NCBI GenBank assembly: GCA_965645245.1
Contig: OZ287075.1
Coordinates: 1,860,001 to 1,924,000 of the forward strand
Reading direction: 5' to 3'
Length of the DNA stretch: 64,000 nt
Origin: Massalongia carnosa
Lineage: Eukaryota
Shown: positions 13,908 to 25,624 of the stretch, piece by piece
How the letters are laid out: every line of letters starts with the position of its first letter
Numbering within the stretch: the stretch's first letter is position 1
Program-made: the position numbers and the translations under genes
The notes under the pieces: generated by a model
Seen by the model: the letters and a program-made list of their open reading frames with translations, nothing else
Database searches by the model: none
Told to the model about the DNA's origin: nothing

Positions 13908-14116
13908 CTATTCCTCCACCTCCAACCCGTACTCTACACACTTCCCACAGAGAAATTCCGCCATTCCCTCGCATTTCGACTTGATGAAAGGACATTCGAG
14001 CGCGTCCCAGAAGCTGCCGTCCTCGCGTCGGGAAGGTTGTTGCACATCTCAATGTCTTCTATCCAGATTTGCTCCTCGTTGCAACACAGATAGATAGAGT
14101 AAAGGTAGAAACACAT
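13908..14116 (-). pseudogene. Small Cys-rich protein (~69 aa) broken by a 1-nt frameshift (or a sequence error)
   Basis: CAAA-ATG start, MCFYLYSIYLCCNEEQIWIEDIEMCNNLPD; the shifted frame from ~14025 reads EDGSFWDALECPFIKSKCEGMAEFLCGKCVEYGLEVEE*. Confidence 0.45.
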
Positions 14117-16172
14117 TTTGGGGGTTGAGGTTAGGAGTGGTTGGGCTGAGGATGGTTGGTGGAGGGGAGTGCTGAAAGGTGTGAGTGGTTGGATGGTTGG
14201 ATGAAGACCGGTGACTGAGTGGTCAACGAGAAGGGTATTCTAGTATTGATGGTGCAGCTCAGGAATACCACTTCTATGGATGCAAGGGTTGCTCGGTTGA
14301 AATGGACGGGCTTCGAAGGCTTTTTATTGATGATGGTTCAATGAGGAGGCTCGGGGATAGATGGGGAAGACGGTTCTTTTAAATCCCCTCCCATACCTAT
14401 AGTTATGGCTGGTAACTGGCTATACTACAAGACATCCTGGAATGGAGAATGGGAGTCCTGTCTTTTTCACTGATGGCAAGGAGGGTATGAACCTGTTTTG
14501 TGGCGGCCATTTGAATGGGATATGGGGGCATCGATGAATAAGAAGTAGCTTGACGAGGATCTATCCTTTCCTAGGTGAATAATTTGATATTATATTTTGC
14601 ATATGGGTATTTAAGTGATTGTAAAATCTATCAGCGAAGGAGGATTTTTGAATAAGATAAGCTCATGTAAAGAGTTTTGCGGCAAGATTTGGACTTGAAA
14701 GTCTCAGCAGACCTTGAGAGACATCTGAATAAGAGAAATTAACTTGAAAACTTCTCTTTCAACGTGGTTTGCCATAATTAGTTGCAATAACTAGATAGTT
14801 TGTGAACATAGGATAATATTCAGTTAAAAAGTCATAGCATCGACGGAAAATGATGGGTTGGAGGACTAAGATTTCTGCGGGCACCAGGTGTATTCCGTTC
14901 TCTGTTACACACTTGGGTCTTGGACTCTTCGTCCTCCGTAATATCTATATCATTGACTTCTCGCAGTTTGGGTTAATGAGAACCTAGTAGCTCGAGCGTT
15001 TGATATTTTTCACCCGTTGCTAGAGGCACTCTGGGGGACATTTAATGAAAAAATAATACCGCTTGCGTGATGGTAAAACTGGATAGGGGACGAGACTTAT
15101 CATGCCTTCCAAAAATAGTGAAAATGACGAACCAGCCAGGTTTGTTCGCTTGTATTTGCCATGACAATGAACCTTGAACAAAGAGCGGCAAAAACTGCCA
15201 TCTCAGTCGACATTCGCCAATACTGAAGTAACGCGGATAGAGTACACCGCGTCTACAAATGCGTAAACGCTTAGGAGTATCTTTTTCGTGAAGTTCATCA
15301 ATTTTCATCACTGTTCCTCTTGTATATGGGCACTATTCTTTTACTCCTTCAAGCCTCGTCCTGTTGACCATATAGTGTTTCGTGGAACGTGCCATTCACA
15401 GTGTTGCAAATGTTGGGTTGGTACCTAATTTCCAGAGGTCATTGTGGCATGATAGGCAGGAGAAGAGAAGTTAACGCCTTGGAAAGCATTGGGGTTTTTG
15501 TGTTCAACCCTGCGGTGTCAAGTGTGCTCCTCTGTTGCGTGAATGCACCTGGTTGATCTTTGATATATGGCAGGAGATGGATAAAGCTGCTGTAGACGAA
15601 GTAATGGAATGCCCTGCTGCAATGCATACATCCATGATAGCAGTTTCTAATAGCGTCGATTACAATGGAAGCCTAGATCCCACTTTGGAGAAGGGGGTGT
15701 ACCAGTATGGGAGCTCTGCAATAAAATGAGAAGGTATTTGAGGCACTCTTGCCACAAATATATGCAGATGCCCGCGAAATTTGGCAGTGATAGAGAATCT
15801 TTGAGCTCACTTGGCTTGACAAGATTGAACGATTGCCTAGCGGCCCTCTTCGAGTTAGTAATTTCACAGAAGATCACCAGGATAAAGGCTCCGGGAATTT
15901 TTCTCGCACCTTCCTTTTTCCTTCATGCATAAATATCTTTCTTGCCATAGTAACGAACCTTCCATCCCTCACCTTCCTTGCAAAAGCTACTCATAATTAC
16001 ATTCACCCCATAAGTAAGCTTTCGCTGTAAGATCACCTTCACCTTATAAGTATCCACCCACCCTGCTTTTGCCAAGTCCTTCACTGATGATCACAACCCT
16101 CATTCACCAGGTCGCTGACGTGAACATCGATCGCTTTAGCAAACTTCGAGCTGAAACAGTGCCACTGCTGAA

Positions 16173-17468
16173 ATGGCCTGGTCATTTGCTGCCTTGAGTG
16201 ATGCGCTACCCGAGGCTTCCAAGGCTGCTCTTATTGTTAGAGCGTCAGAGCAGCCAATGAACCCAATTGCTCAGGCTAGCATCAATGCTTCCGACAGCTT
16301 GGTTGAAAAGGGAGCTGCACCTCTTGTTGGAGGGTCCGGCAGCTTGGACACTACGAGTGTTTTTACCGATCCTGACAGCATTTTGCAACCTGTGACGGCG
16401 TTTTCCACTGAGAAGCTCAACATTGATGGTGCTAAAGCATCTACTTTTAGCACCAAGAAAAACCAGGGCGCGTCTGAAAACATCAAAGACGTCTCTCATG
16501 CTGCCGCACCTAGAGAAACTCTTCAATTAAAGGATGGCGTAGATGCTCCTGCTGGTCTGTGACTTGAAACCCTTAACCTTCGGTGCTAATCCGTTCTAAT
16601 AGAACCCGACCAATATGTGACTCTTAGCGCAACGAAGAAAATTGTTAAACCGATGGTCTTGGATCTTAACCGCTTCCCCTGGGAAATTCGTAATCGAATC
16701 CTTGAATTCGCTATGACAGCGGAGAAAGGGAGGTTCGACTTTACAGACCTGCGTAGCAAGAACTTCAAGCCAAACGTCAACACAGCCTTGTTGCGAACCA
16801 AGTAAGTTGACTATTCTTCTTCAGGTTGTTGATTGCTAAGACCAATGTTCTATAGTCGCGAAGTTTACCACGAAGCGCAGGAACATCTCCACAATGCGAA
16901 CGTCTTTATCTTCACGGGCTGCGGTTCAGATTTTCGAATATTGACACAGCCAAGTGGTCTGCATTCATGCCCAGTGAGCTGTAGTAGCGCCTTCAAGACC
17001 CGTAGATTTAGAAGCGTCATTTTTGATCTGGGAGATGATATTAGTATGGAGACAGGGGAACTGAAGGCGCAGTGTTTTATCGCAGCACTCGAAGGCCTAC
17101 GCAGCAAGGTAGACATCAAACATCTAACCGTACATTTCCGCTACTTCTGTTGGGGTGAAGGAGTTACGCCAGAGGAGCTCGCAAATTCTTTGCGAAACAT
17201 CAATGTAACGGAGACAATGGTGATGTTTGGTCCTGACTTCCACTGGCGCACAAACCTGAGGTTAATCCCTGGAGCACTTGGTATGAACGTTCACCGGCCT
17301 AGGTCATGGTCCCTTGTCCCAGGCGGCGCAAACGTTGGCTTCCAGGGCACCTTCCAATGTCAATACATCCCAGCTAAGTGTATCGAGGAGACCACCGACA
17401 AGGGCGGCGAGTCTATTTTCGACCCAGGATTCGAATACGAGAAAATCCGGTCTGGTGAAGGGATTTAA
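16173..17468 (+). CDS. Hypothetical protein (~397 aa) with an F-box-like motif; exons 16173-16554, 16603-16801, 16856-17468
   Basis: Two clean GT..CTAA..AG introns join three ORFs in frame; LDLNRFPWEIRNRILEFAM and ALLRTNREVYHEA resemble fungal F-box-like LPxEIRxxIY / LLxxCRxxYxEA signatures. Confidence 0.7.
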
Positions 17469-17644
17469 GTGACAGGTATGTTGTTGTCATTGAGTTATTG
17501 CTAGAGATGATAATCTGATGAACCAGTCTTGCTGATACATGTTCCAGCCGCAGAACCAGCCGCAATTGTCAAATCTCGTTTTGATTTTTCGGGGATGTAT
17601 CCAAATGAAAAAATGTTTTGAGCGGGGGTCAGTGAGACCGGTAA

Positions 17645-18174
17645 TTACAAACAGGCCATTACCAGATCTATGGTATCATAAAATGCCTGCCTATTAGCTT
17701 CAAGTTTGCTTAGTCCCAATCCAACAATTACTGTTCTATTCTCTTGTGGATTTCTCGCCGTGACAGCACTTGCAATTTGCGTTGCATATAGTTGACCGAT
17801 CGTTTCTCGATCAGAGGTTGAGCCACCAAGCAGCGTTCTCGGGGTAAGGTGAGCCATCGGTAGGAGACTGTTCTCATCTGTGATTGCAGGGAGTTGGTGG
17901 TCTGCAAAATTCAGGTTGGAATACTCTAAGGGTACATGTATCTAGAGGGAAGTTAGACTTATAGCTCAGTCAGGAATGAGGAATAGACTCTTACCCATTG
18001 GGCCAGACGTCCACCTTGAGTTATGGTTACCATGATCTTATCGGCAAACATGATTGAGGTGACATTGGTAAGTACTCCATCCACTGATCCAGCTGCTTGT
18101 TTGGTGACTGCAGGATAGGTTGCCGGCATCATGTCCGATTGTGCAGGGATGTGTGAAGCTATACGCAAGGGCAT
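17645..18174 (-). CDS. PAC3: Proteasome assembly chaperone 3 (PAC3/PSMG3 family), 2 exons; start may be the Met pair near 18132
   Basis: YPAVTKQAAGSVDGVLT..FADKIMVTITQGGRLAQW|IHVPL..LLPMAHLTPRTLLGG..GQLYATQIASA..RTVIVGLGL. Confidence 0.85.
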
Positions 18175-18701
18175 AATGAGATATATGAATAGCCTGACAT
18201 AGCAGTCGTCTGATCACAACAATGAATGAAAGAAATAGATGTTGTTCAATTGGGAGAACAAAACTGGGAGCGGGATGATGTTAAAAGCATGCAATTGGTG
18301 AAGGGAGGGGCGCTGAGGACAGGGCTAAAACTGAAAGAACAACGACGGACAACTTTCCAGCTCTAAAAGAGCAAGTATGGGGTACTTGATGATGCTAACT
18401 CTATGTTTTGGATTTGGATGTCTGATTTAATGACTTGGTCAGGCTCTCAAGCTTCAAAAATAGGTTTGGCATTAATTGAAAGTCGAATCGGAAAATCACA
18501 GCCGATTAGGTAAGCAATATGGAACGTTATACTCGGTGACTCGTACGTATTTGATTTTTCCCTTTGTCAAAATATCATAGCTGCAGATCATGATTATTTC
18601 TTCTCTTTAATCCTCAACCTATCACCACGCGGTGGAGTTATAGAGTCAATAAAGTTGTTTCTTTGATGATCCAATCAAGACTCCCCTTTTTCTTTTCCAG
18701 A

Positions 18702-21700
18702 TCACCCAAGCACCTTTTCCACTACCCACCCGTCCCTTACATCCTTCCTTTGCACAACCCTAATAGCAGGCAGAGGCCACCCTGCTTTCCCCATCTCTCC
18801 CACCAGTTCTGGAACAGCCCAGCATTCTCTCTTTCCTGCCTCCTCCACCACCTTGCCGATTGGTTTCCCGTACCGCAATAGCGGTGTATCCTTTGCCAAA
18901 GCTGCAATCTGTTTCCCGCTGATACCAGTAAGAGCATGCATCCTCATCTTGGGGGTTTTGCTGCCACTAATGGTGGCGGGAGTGCCGCGTTGGAGATGCG
19001 AGTACACGATATATTGAGGTAACTCTTTAGGAGAAACATTGGCCAAGACGGAAGACGGAAGAATAAAGACGGCAATGTCGATCAAGTCTTGGGCTTTGCC
19101 GACGTGAGAGGGAAAGAGCGGGAAATATGGGACATCAATCGCACGTAAGGGTTTCCGAGGTAGCTCGGGAGGGAAGGGGGAAAGGTCTGCACGGACAGCA
19201 ATTTGATCGATAAAAGCAGCAGCGAGGATTTGCTGAAGGGCTTTGAACTGTATGGCGTTTGGGGATGGAAGTCGAGCAGAGTAATTCAGGATCAAGGTGG
19301 GATGATTAGTGTGAACGATGGTGGATAGTTGCTGGCGAAGGGATGAGGCTTCCTTCAGAGACTTAGGATTAAGAAACGTTTCGGTACAGAACGCTAATGG
19401 ATCAAGGGCGTAGGCGTAAGCGCAAATAGCACTAAGCGATTTGAGAGCGTCGCTGGTCGTAGAATTTCTGCTGAACTGGTGATGAACTTTATTGTACTCT
19501 CTTCTTCGCTGCTCTCGTGCGGTGTCTTCGAGTCTGTCAACATTGCTATAAATAGTATCCGAGTCTCGTGTGAGGGGTGACAGGTCAAGCTGATTTTCTG
19601 GAATAAAAACATCATGAACAGCAAGAGCTGCAACCATGGCAATCGTGTATGGCATACAGTCATGCTGGTGCCCAATCAGCAGCATCTTGGAGTATCTTGG
19701 TGACAGAGGATATATTGAAAGTTCGCGGCCAATAGACGTGATCTTTCCGTCTCCGGTTATGGCACCAAGATAAGTGAGCAATTTTTCGGCTTTGGCAAGG
19801 CTGTGCCTATCCGGAGGAGTTGGAAAGGGGAAGTTCACAACGTGCTGCAAATCCATACTTTTCAGCTGCAAGACAACACCTTCTATGGGCATTCGCAGTA
19901 TTTCGGGCTGCGCATGCTCTGTAAAGTCACGCTCAAAAACAGCGGACGAGTATAGCCTGTAACAATGCCCTGGGCCTGTTCGACCTGCACGTCCAGCTCT
20001 TTGATTGGCGCTTGCTTTACTGATCCATCCAATCTCGAACATTTGCACGCCTGTCGACTGATCATACTTTTTGTCCTTTGCTCGGCCACAGTCAAATACA
20101 TACCGAATTCCGGGGATTGTTAAACTTGTTTCAGCCACGTTGGTTGCGAGCACAATCAGTCTCGCATTCTCTGGCGGTGGTTCGAAGACACGCAACTGGT
20201 CTTTTGTTTGGAGTTGTGAGTAGAGCGGTAGAACATGAACGTGAGAATTAGATGTTGTAGGTTCATCAATATCAAATTCTTTATCCTCTTCGTCAAGTAA
20301 TGTACCATCTTCATCCAAGTCATCCTTAGCTACATCATATCCAGAATCTATACATCCAAGCTCGAGATCTTCAGTTTCAAGCGGTGCTTCGGATGCAGTA
20401 AGCCGAACTTTAGGGGTTGGCACGTATATACCTGAATGGTTACCCAATGCGTCACGAAGTCTTTTTGTCAATTCAGCGATCTCATTTTGCCCTGTCAAAA
20501 ACACAAGCATGCCTCCTGGTGGGAGCTTTTTGTGACCTCGGCTGACTTTTTGGAAGACCTCATCAAGGTAATCCCTTCGGGTTCTCCGGGCGAAGTGGAT
20601 GGAAACAGGATATTGCCGTCCCTCAGCTTTAATTAATGGGGGTGGGCCGCTGCGAAACAAATTTGGGTTATCCATGAAATCTGCAATTCTTAAAGTAGCA
20701 GACATGATAACAAGCTTCAAAGGCGTAATTTTAGAATCTTCCTTGTTCATAGACGTCCTAAGGTCAACAATTCTACTGACCATCCCAATCAATATATCGG
20801 TGTTGACGCTTCGCTCGTGGGCTTCGTCAATAACAATCGCGGAATATTTCAGCAGTGCAAAGTCCTTTGCAATCTCTCGTATCAATATTCCATCGGTCAT
20901 GAACTTGATGGCGGTCTTTTCGCTAACTGAGCTTTCAAACCGTATTTGATAAGACACTTTACTAGATGCTCCACCCAACTCATTCCCGACTCGTTTTGCC
21001 ATACTAACTGCAGCTACTCTTCGTGGCTGCGTCACCCCTATCATTCCAGGCGTTGAACTCTTTGGGTTACCAAAACCAGCCTCGTACAAAAATTGAGGTA
21101 CTTGAGTGGTTTTCCCGCTTCCTGTTGCTCCCCATATTACAACGGTAGGACTGTTATATATAGCTTCCATGATTTTCTGCTCTTCTGCTACAACTGGCAG
21201 ACCCAGACGAGCCTCTTGAATCTCCAGAGATCGCTCAACCTGTACACTAAAGGATTTTCGCATTGGGTCCGTGATGTATGTTGATAGCTCTCGTGGTAAT
21301 GGATCTACCTCTGGCTCTCTCAAGTTAATATCCTGTCGGGAAGTTCCTTCGACGATATTAACAGCCTCAACTGAGGCTGTAACAGGGGAAAAGCCCAAAG
21401 CTTCATGAACTTGCTGCGTTGCCCAGGTTTTAAACGCAGAAGACCGTTCCTTACGAATCTCGATATCTTGCTGAGTGCACTCACCATCATCCACTGAATC
21501 AAGGCTGTAGTCACTTGTAGATATAGCCTCAGAACCGTCTTCACTGTCTGCCTCAGACTCGACTTGCGTTTGAACACGGTGCTTATCCTCATCTGAAGAC
21601 TCGTCTGATTTACCGGATGCTTCAGTTGAGCTGAAGCCTTCCCACTGCGGCTCGGCTTTTAGTAAAAACCGTCTCTTTCGAGTAGCCATCCTTCTTCTTT

Positions 21701-22334
21701 TAGGGATCACAGCGTTTCCATCAGCATCAGTCTCAATCGCTCGTTTTAGCCCGCTGCCTAGGGTAAAGTGTAATGGTTTCCCTGTATTAGCTGGTAGCAA
21801 ATTCTCTTCAACAGAAGATCGTGAAACATCCGAATCATTATCATCGCTTGCCATGACTTTGTTGTTAAGTAAACCTTGGTTTTGCAATCTATTGATACCG
21901 GCATTGTGCTCCTTAGATACCCTTGATAGAACATCACGCCTAGATTCTCTACTAACACCAATGTTTCGAGAACTACGCAGTAAACTCGTATCAATCTTAT
22001 GGCTAGCAAGCTTTTTTATTAAATCAGAATTTTCTTCCTTTTTCAATTTTTTGTCCTACGTGGAGTTTATCAGTCCTTGGTGTAGCAGTACTGATGGCTT
22101 GAGACAAGGTATTACAATGTATTTATCTAGTCGCTTCTTTTTCTTACTAGAAGTTGTTGGTTGTTGACGGCGCAATTCAGCCTTCATCAACTTTCTCTTC
22201 TCCTCCTTCTCGGTTTTGCTCGAAGGTACAACTTCCGTTGTGTTGGATTCCAGGTGCTTTTCCGCTTTGATGGCATTGTGTGCGAGTCTTTGCCTGACTT
22301 TATGCTTTCGTTCTCGAGGTACGAATAATGGCAT
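18702..22334 (-). CDS. DHR1: DEAH-box RNA helicase Dhr1/Ecm16 (DHX37), SSU processome; intron 22115-22056
   Basis: MPLFVPRERKHK start, SSKKKKRLDKYI|DKKLKKEE, GATGSGKTTQVPQFLYEAG, TQPRRVAA, DEAH, MSAT, QRAGRAGR. Confidence 0.95.
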
Positions 22335-22885
22335 GTTGGCTGTCACGGCTGTTTAATTTTTAAAGTTTATGCGAAGATGTGCAGAAAGGGCAAAACTTTA
22401 GGCTCTACACTAGCCGTATCTGTCAATGTATCACGAACCTACAATATCGCCAAGCTAGCCTTGGGATTACGTTCAGGTAGGACTCGCCGATTTACAACGA
22501 AATTATACCTATCTTTTAATAAGACTAGGATAGCCCATACAAAATTGAGATGAAGCTTACCCGTCTCAGGACCTTGTTCGTCAGCCCTAGACCCCTTGAT
22601 AGTGACGGGCGACGATTCTAGTTATTCACTTACTCAGTCATGTTATGAGCGATGAGCGCATCTAAGCCTTTTTAGCATGATATTCAAGCTCAGAACGAAA
22701 ACTAGAGTTTGAGGCTTCAATACTAGAGATTGCGAAGGCACGCTCCATAGCTCCTTGTAAAGTTAGGAACAATATTGGATGTGGGTTATATCTTGAGTAC
22801 ATGCCAATAACGTCGGTGAAAGTCTAAATTAGTCGCGTGGTCATTTTATTGTTGAAATAAAAGGGGCTGAGGGAGCTGCACTGAA

Positions 22886-23191
22886 TCAATGAAAAGGCTG
22901 ATATGCTGCGCTTGAAGCTCTATAATTAAATTGAACTGAACTAACTGAACTATCTAAGAAAGAACGAGGTGGGATTGTTTGCCCAAATATATACACCGAA
23001 TATGGCTGTCGTGGAGTCTTCGAGAAACTTCCATCGCGTTCGTCGCAGGGACCTTGTCGTGCGATAAAAGCGGAATTATAGATTCCCATAGAATGTTCCA
23101 TGCAATTGTAAGGTGAAGTCATATCGGGTAAGACAATTAACCTCGGTATAGTGGCAAAAGCAAATAACGCCAAGACAGCATGAATCAACAT
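22886..23191 (-). CDS. Possible small secreted protein (101 aa), uncertain
   Basis: ATG ORF with a hydrophobic N-terminus MLIHAVLALFAFAT; no recognisable domain. Confidence 0.2.
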   Translation of the reverse strand: MLIHAVLALFAFATIPRLIVLPDMTSPYNCMEHSMGIYNSAFIARQGPCDERDGSFSKTPRQPYSVYIFGQTIPPRSFLDSSVSSVQFNYRASSAAYQPFH

Positions 23192-23348
23192 TTATGAAGG
23201 TAAAGGAAAAGCTTGTCAAGTCGGTTTTGGTATAATGATGGATTGGGAATGGCCTGACTTGGAAGTTAACATGTTTGAGCGGGAGAAGAATCGTCTATTA
23301 TCAGATATCTGCTAATTACCAAGTTCAGTCATAGGCCTGGGTCTTTCA

Positions 23349-24647
23349 TTACTCTTTTCCAAAATCATCTCGCTTTTGAGCAGCCACGATATCTCTCCAT
23401 TGACCCATAAATTCCGTTAACCCTGACCTTCCGTCGGCTGACGCATCCACTACGTCCTTGGGTAGCTTATGTGCACTATATTGTGGGGTACTGAACCCAT
23501 AGGCTTCTGGGTCATCCCGCTTCAATAGTCGAAGCTCTGGTTCAAGGAGAATCTCCCCCTCCAAACTATCGTCACTTTCGCTATTACCTTCAGAGATTTT
23601 CAGACCTGAAATGGCTTCACGATGATCAGTGCCCTCCATCTCCAATATTTCCAGCCAGGAAAATAGCAAAGGGTCTGTCCTTGGCGCCCAAGGATTGATA
23701 TCAATCAGCCACACCCTGCTGTGGGGTGGAGGAATGTAAACATCAAAAACAAAGTTCTCATCTGGGAAAGTCTCCTTCAGATTGCTGATGAAGAATTTCT
23801 GAATTAGGTTTAGAATAGTGGGTTCAAGAGCAAAAAGAAAATCATAGTGGTTAAGGTCCCGCTGGCAGGCGCAGAGAAGAAGACGGCCGCGCACAAAACA
23901 GCGGAATTCTAATGAAGTAGTAATAGACGGTATTGTTTTTCGAAGGACAAGATGATACGGGATTTCGTTAGGCATTCCTATGCTTTGAGTGTTGGCTCGA
24001 GGCGCAATCGCATCGTTTTCTTCCTCGGCACTTGTAGCGTATTTTTCACTATCATCCTCGCAATCATCGAACGCACATTCAAGATCGTGAGTTATGAAAT
24101 CAGAACTTTTAAGGAGGAGGTAAACATCGTTAGGCGTGCAGCATTCCATACTGTTAGTTGTGGCAATCCAAGTTGCGTCCTTTGGAGCGGACCAGTTGAG
24201 CTTCGGGACAACAGATCCGTCCAGTTCAGCAATCGTAGTTTTTACTTTCCCATGTATGTCTAGCCATGCCAAAGAAGGGTCGGACTCGTCATCTTCTGTA
24301 TCCGATATAGTAGGCGATGCAACGCGAGAGAATTGACCGCTGTTATCGTCGTTGGAAATGCTTTGATATGCATTATCTTCCGGTGGGAGGACAATGCCAT
24401 CAGAGCGAAGGTATTCGAGAAAGGCTGGGGAGAGAGATATCAAACGAGCCTTAGGCGTCAAAGATCGATATCTTGAGTTGTTCAGCAGATGCTAACGGCA
24501 TGATGCACAAGATCACACAGACCTTGAATACCATGAGTGAATTGAGCAGTTAAGGATGTGAGATTTAGTGACGGGAGGGAAAGGTAACCGGCTCATGGGG
24601 TTTATCGACAAGTCGTTTGGCACGATATCTGCATCGGCTATAGGCAT
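23349..24647 (-). CDS. CDC123: Cell division cycle protein 123 (D123 ATP-grasp eIF2 assembly factor); intron 24522-24472
   Basis: [82 protein letters not shown]. Confidence 0.95.
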
Positions 24648-24736
24648 GCTAGCAATTTCACCTTGACATGAGAGATTAGTTGAAGATTGACCAAGCATCT
24701 GAATTAAGTTCTCAGGAGCTGAACTTGAAGAAATGA

Positions 24737-24752
24737 TGACTCAAATGAGTCA
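24737..24752. promoter_or_regulatory. Inverted pair of Gcn4/CpcA (AP-1) consensus sites, TGACTCA-AA-TGAGTCA, upstream of CDC123
   Basis: Two perfect 7-mers 2 bp apart, ~90 bp upstream of the ATG at 24647. Confidence 0.55.
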
Positions 24753-25624
24753 CACCCAATTTGTGAGGCTACTTCCAGTCTACGCAGGAAACACGCGTCA
24801 CTCCTCAGATGTCTTCATGAACAAATGAGTTTGAAAATTTCTAGGCTAAATCTGGGGATCATAGCCTCTTATGAAGAGTGAGAAAGATGAAACTAAAATT
24901 GATCAAATTACAGATAGGAGTGTTTGTGTTTCAATGCTTTTACGGTGATTTTTTCGCTCTTAAATCAATTTCTGTCATCAATCTATGTAACCATGTCAAT
25001 CGAGCAAACATTGGGAAATCGGTCATGCAATCATCCTCAGAGGGGATCAAGTTACACACTCTCCTTTACATTTATCGATTGTTTAATTCACTCTGAAAAA
25101 GCTTTGCGTTTGCCCTTTCAATGATACACTTAAAAGTATCTAAAATCACTCTATGCTCAAACAAATATATCTACCAAAAAATCTTGGATGCTTAAGCCTT
25201 GATTCGGGATTTCTTGAGCTGGAACCGACTTTCACCGTGCTCGTGTTGAAATACCCACTTCGTCCGAATTAGTTACTTAAACTAGATGCCGCGGCCACTT
25301 TGGAAAAGCGGAGGGCTTCCCTCACTCTCCGCTTTTCGAAGGTCATGGCGCAATTAGTTTCAGGAGTGTCAAAGCTTTTCCTTACGCTTTCTAGACTACG
25401 ACTTCAGTATCTACATATACCACTATCAGAGCCACCTATCTCAACATTCCCATAACTAATTCAGGATGGACGTTTACGTGGCCTCAACAGCCCGTCTTTT
25501 CGAGCGGAAGGCGTAGTGTTGTGCATTTCCCGTGCTAGAAACCTGTTTGGGCTTCAACTTTCCCTTATAAAGAGCTTGTTTGTTTTTTTTTAAAGTTGTC
25601 AACTTTCTTAATTGGCCCTTTAAG

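Noticed and set aside
15400..15950. Protein-like ORF fragments (15535-15729, 15726-15932)
   Set aside because: Possibly a gene relic, but no recognisable motif or consistent splice model
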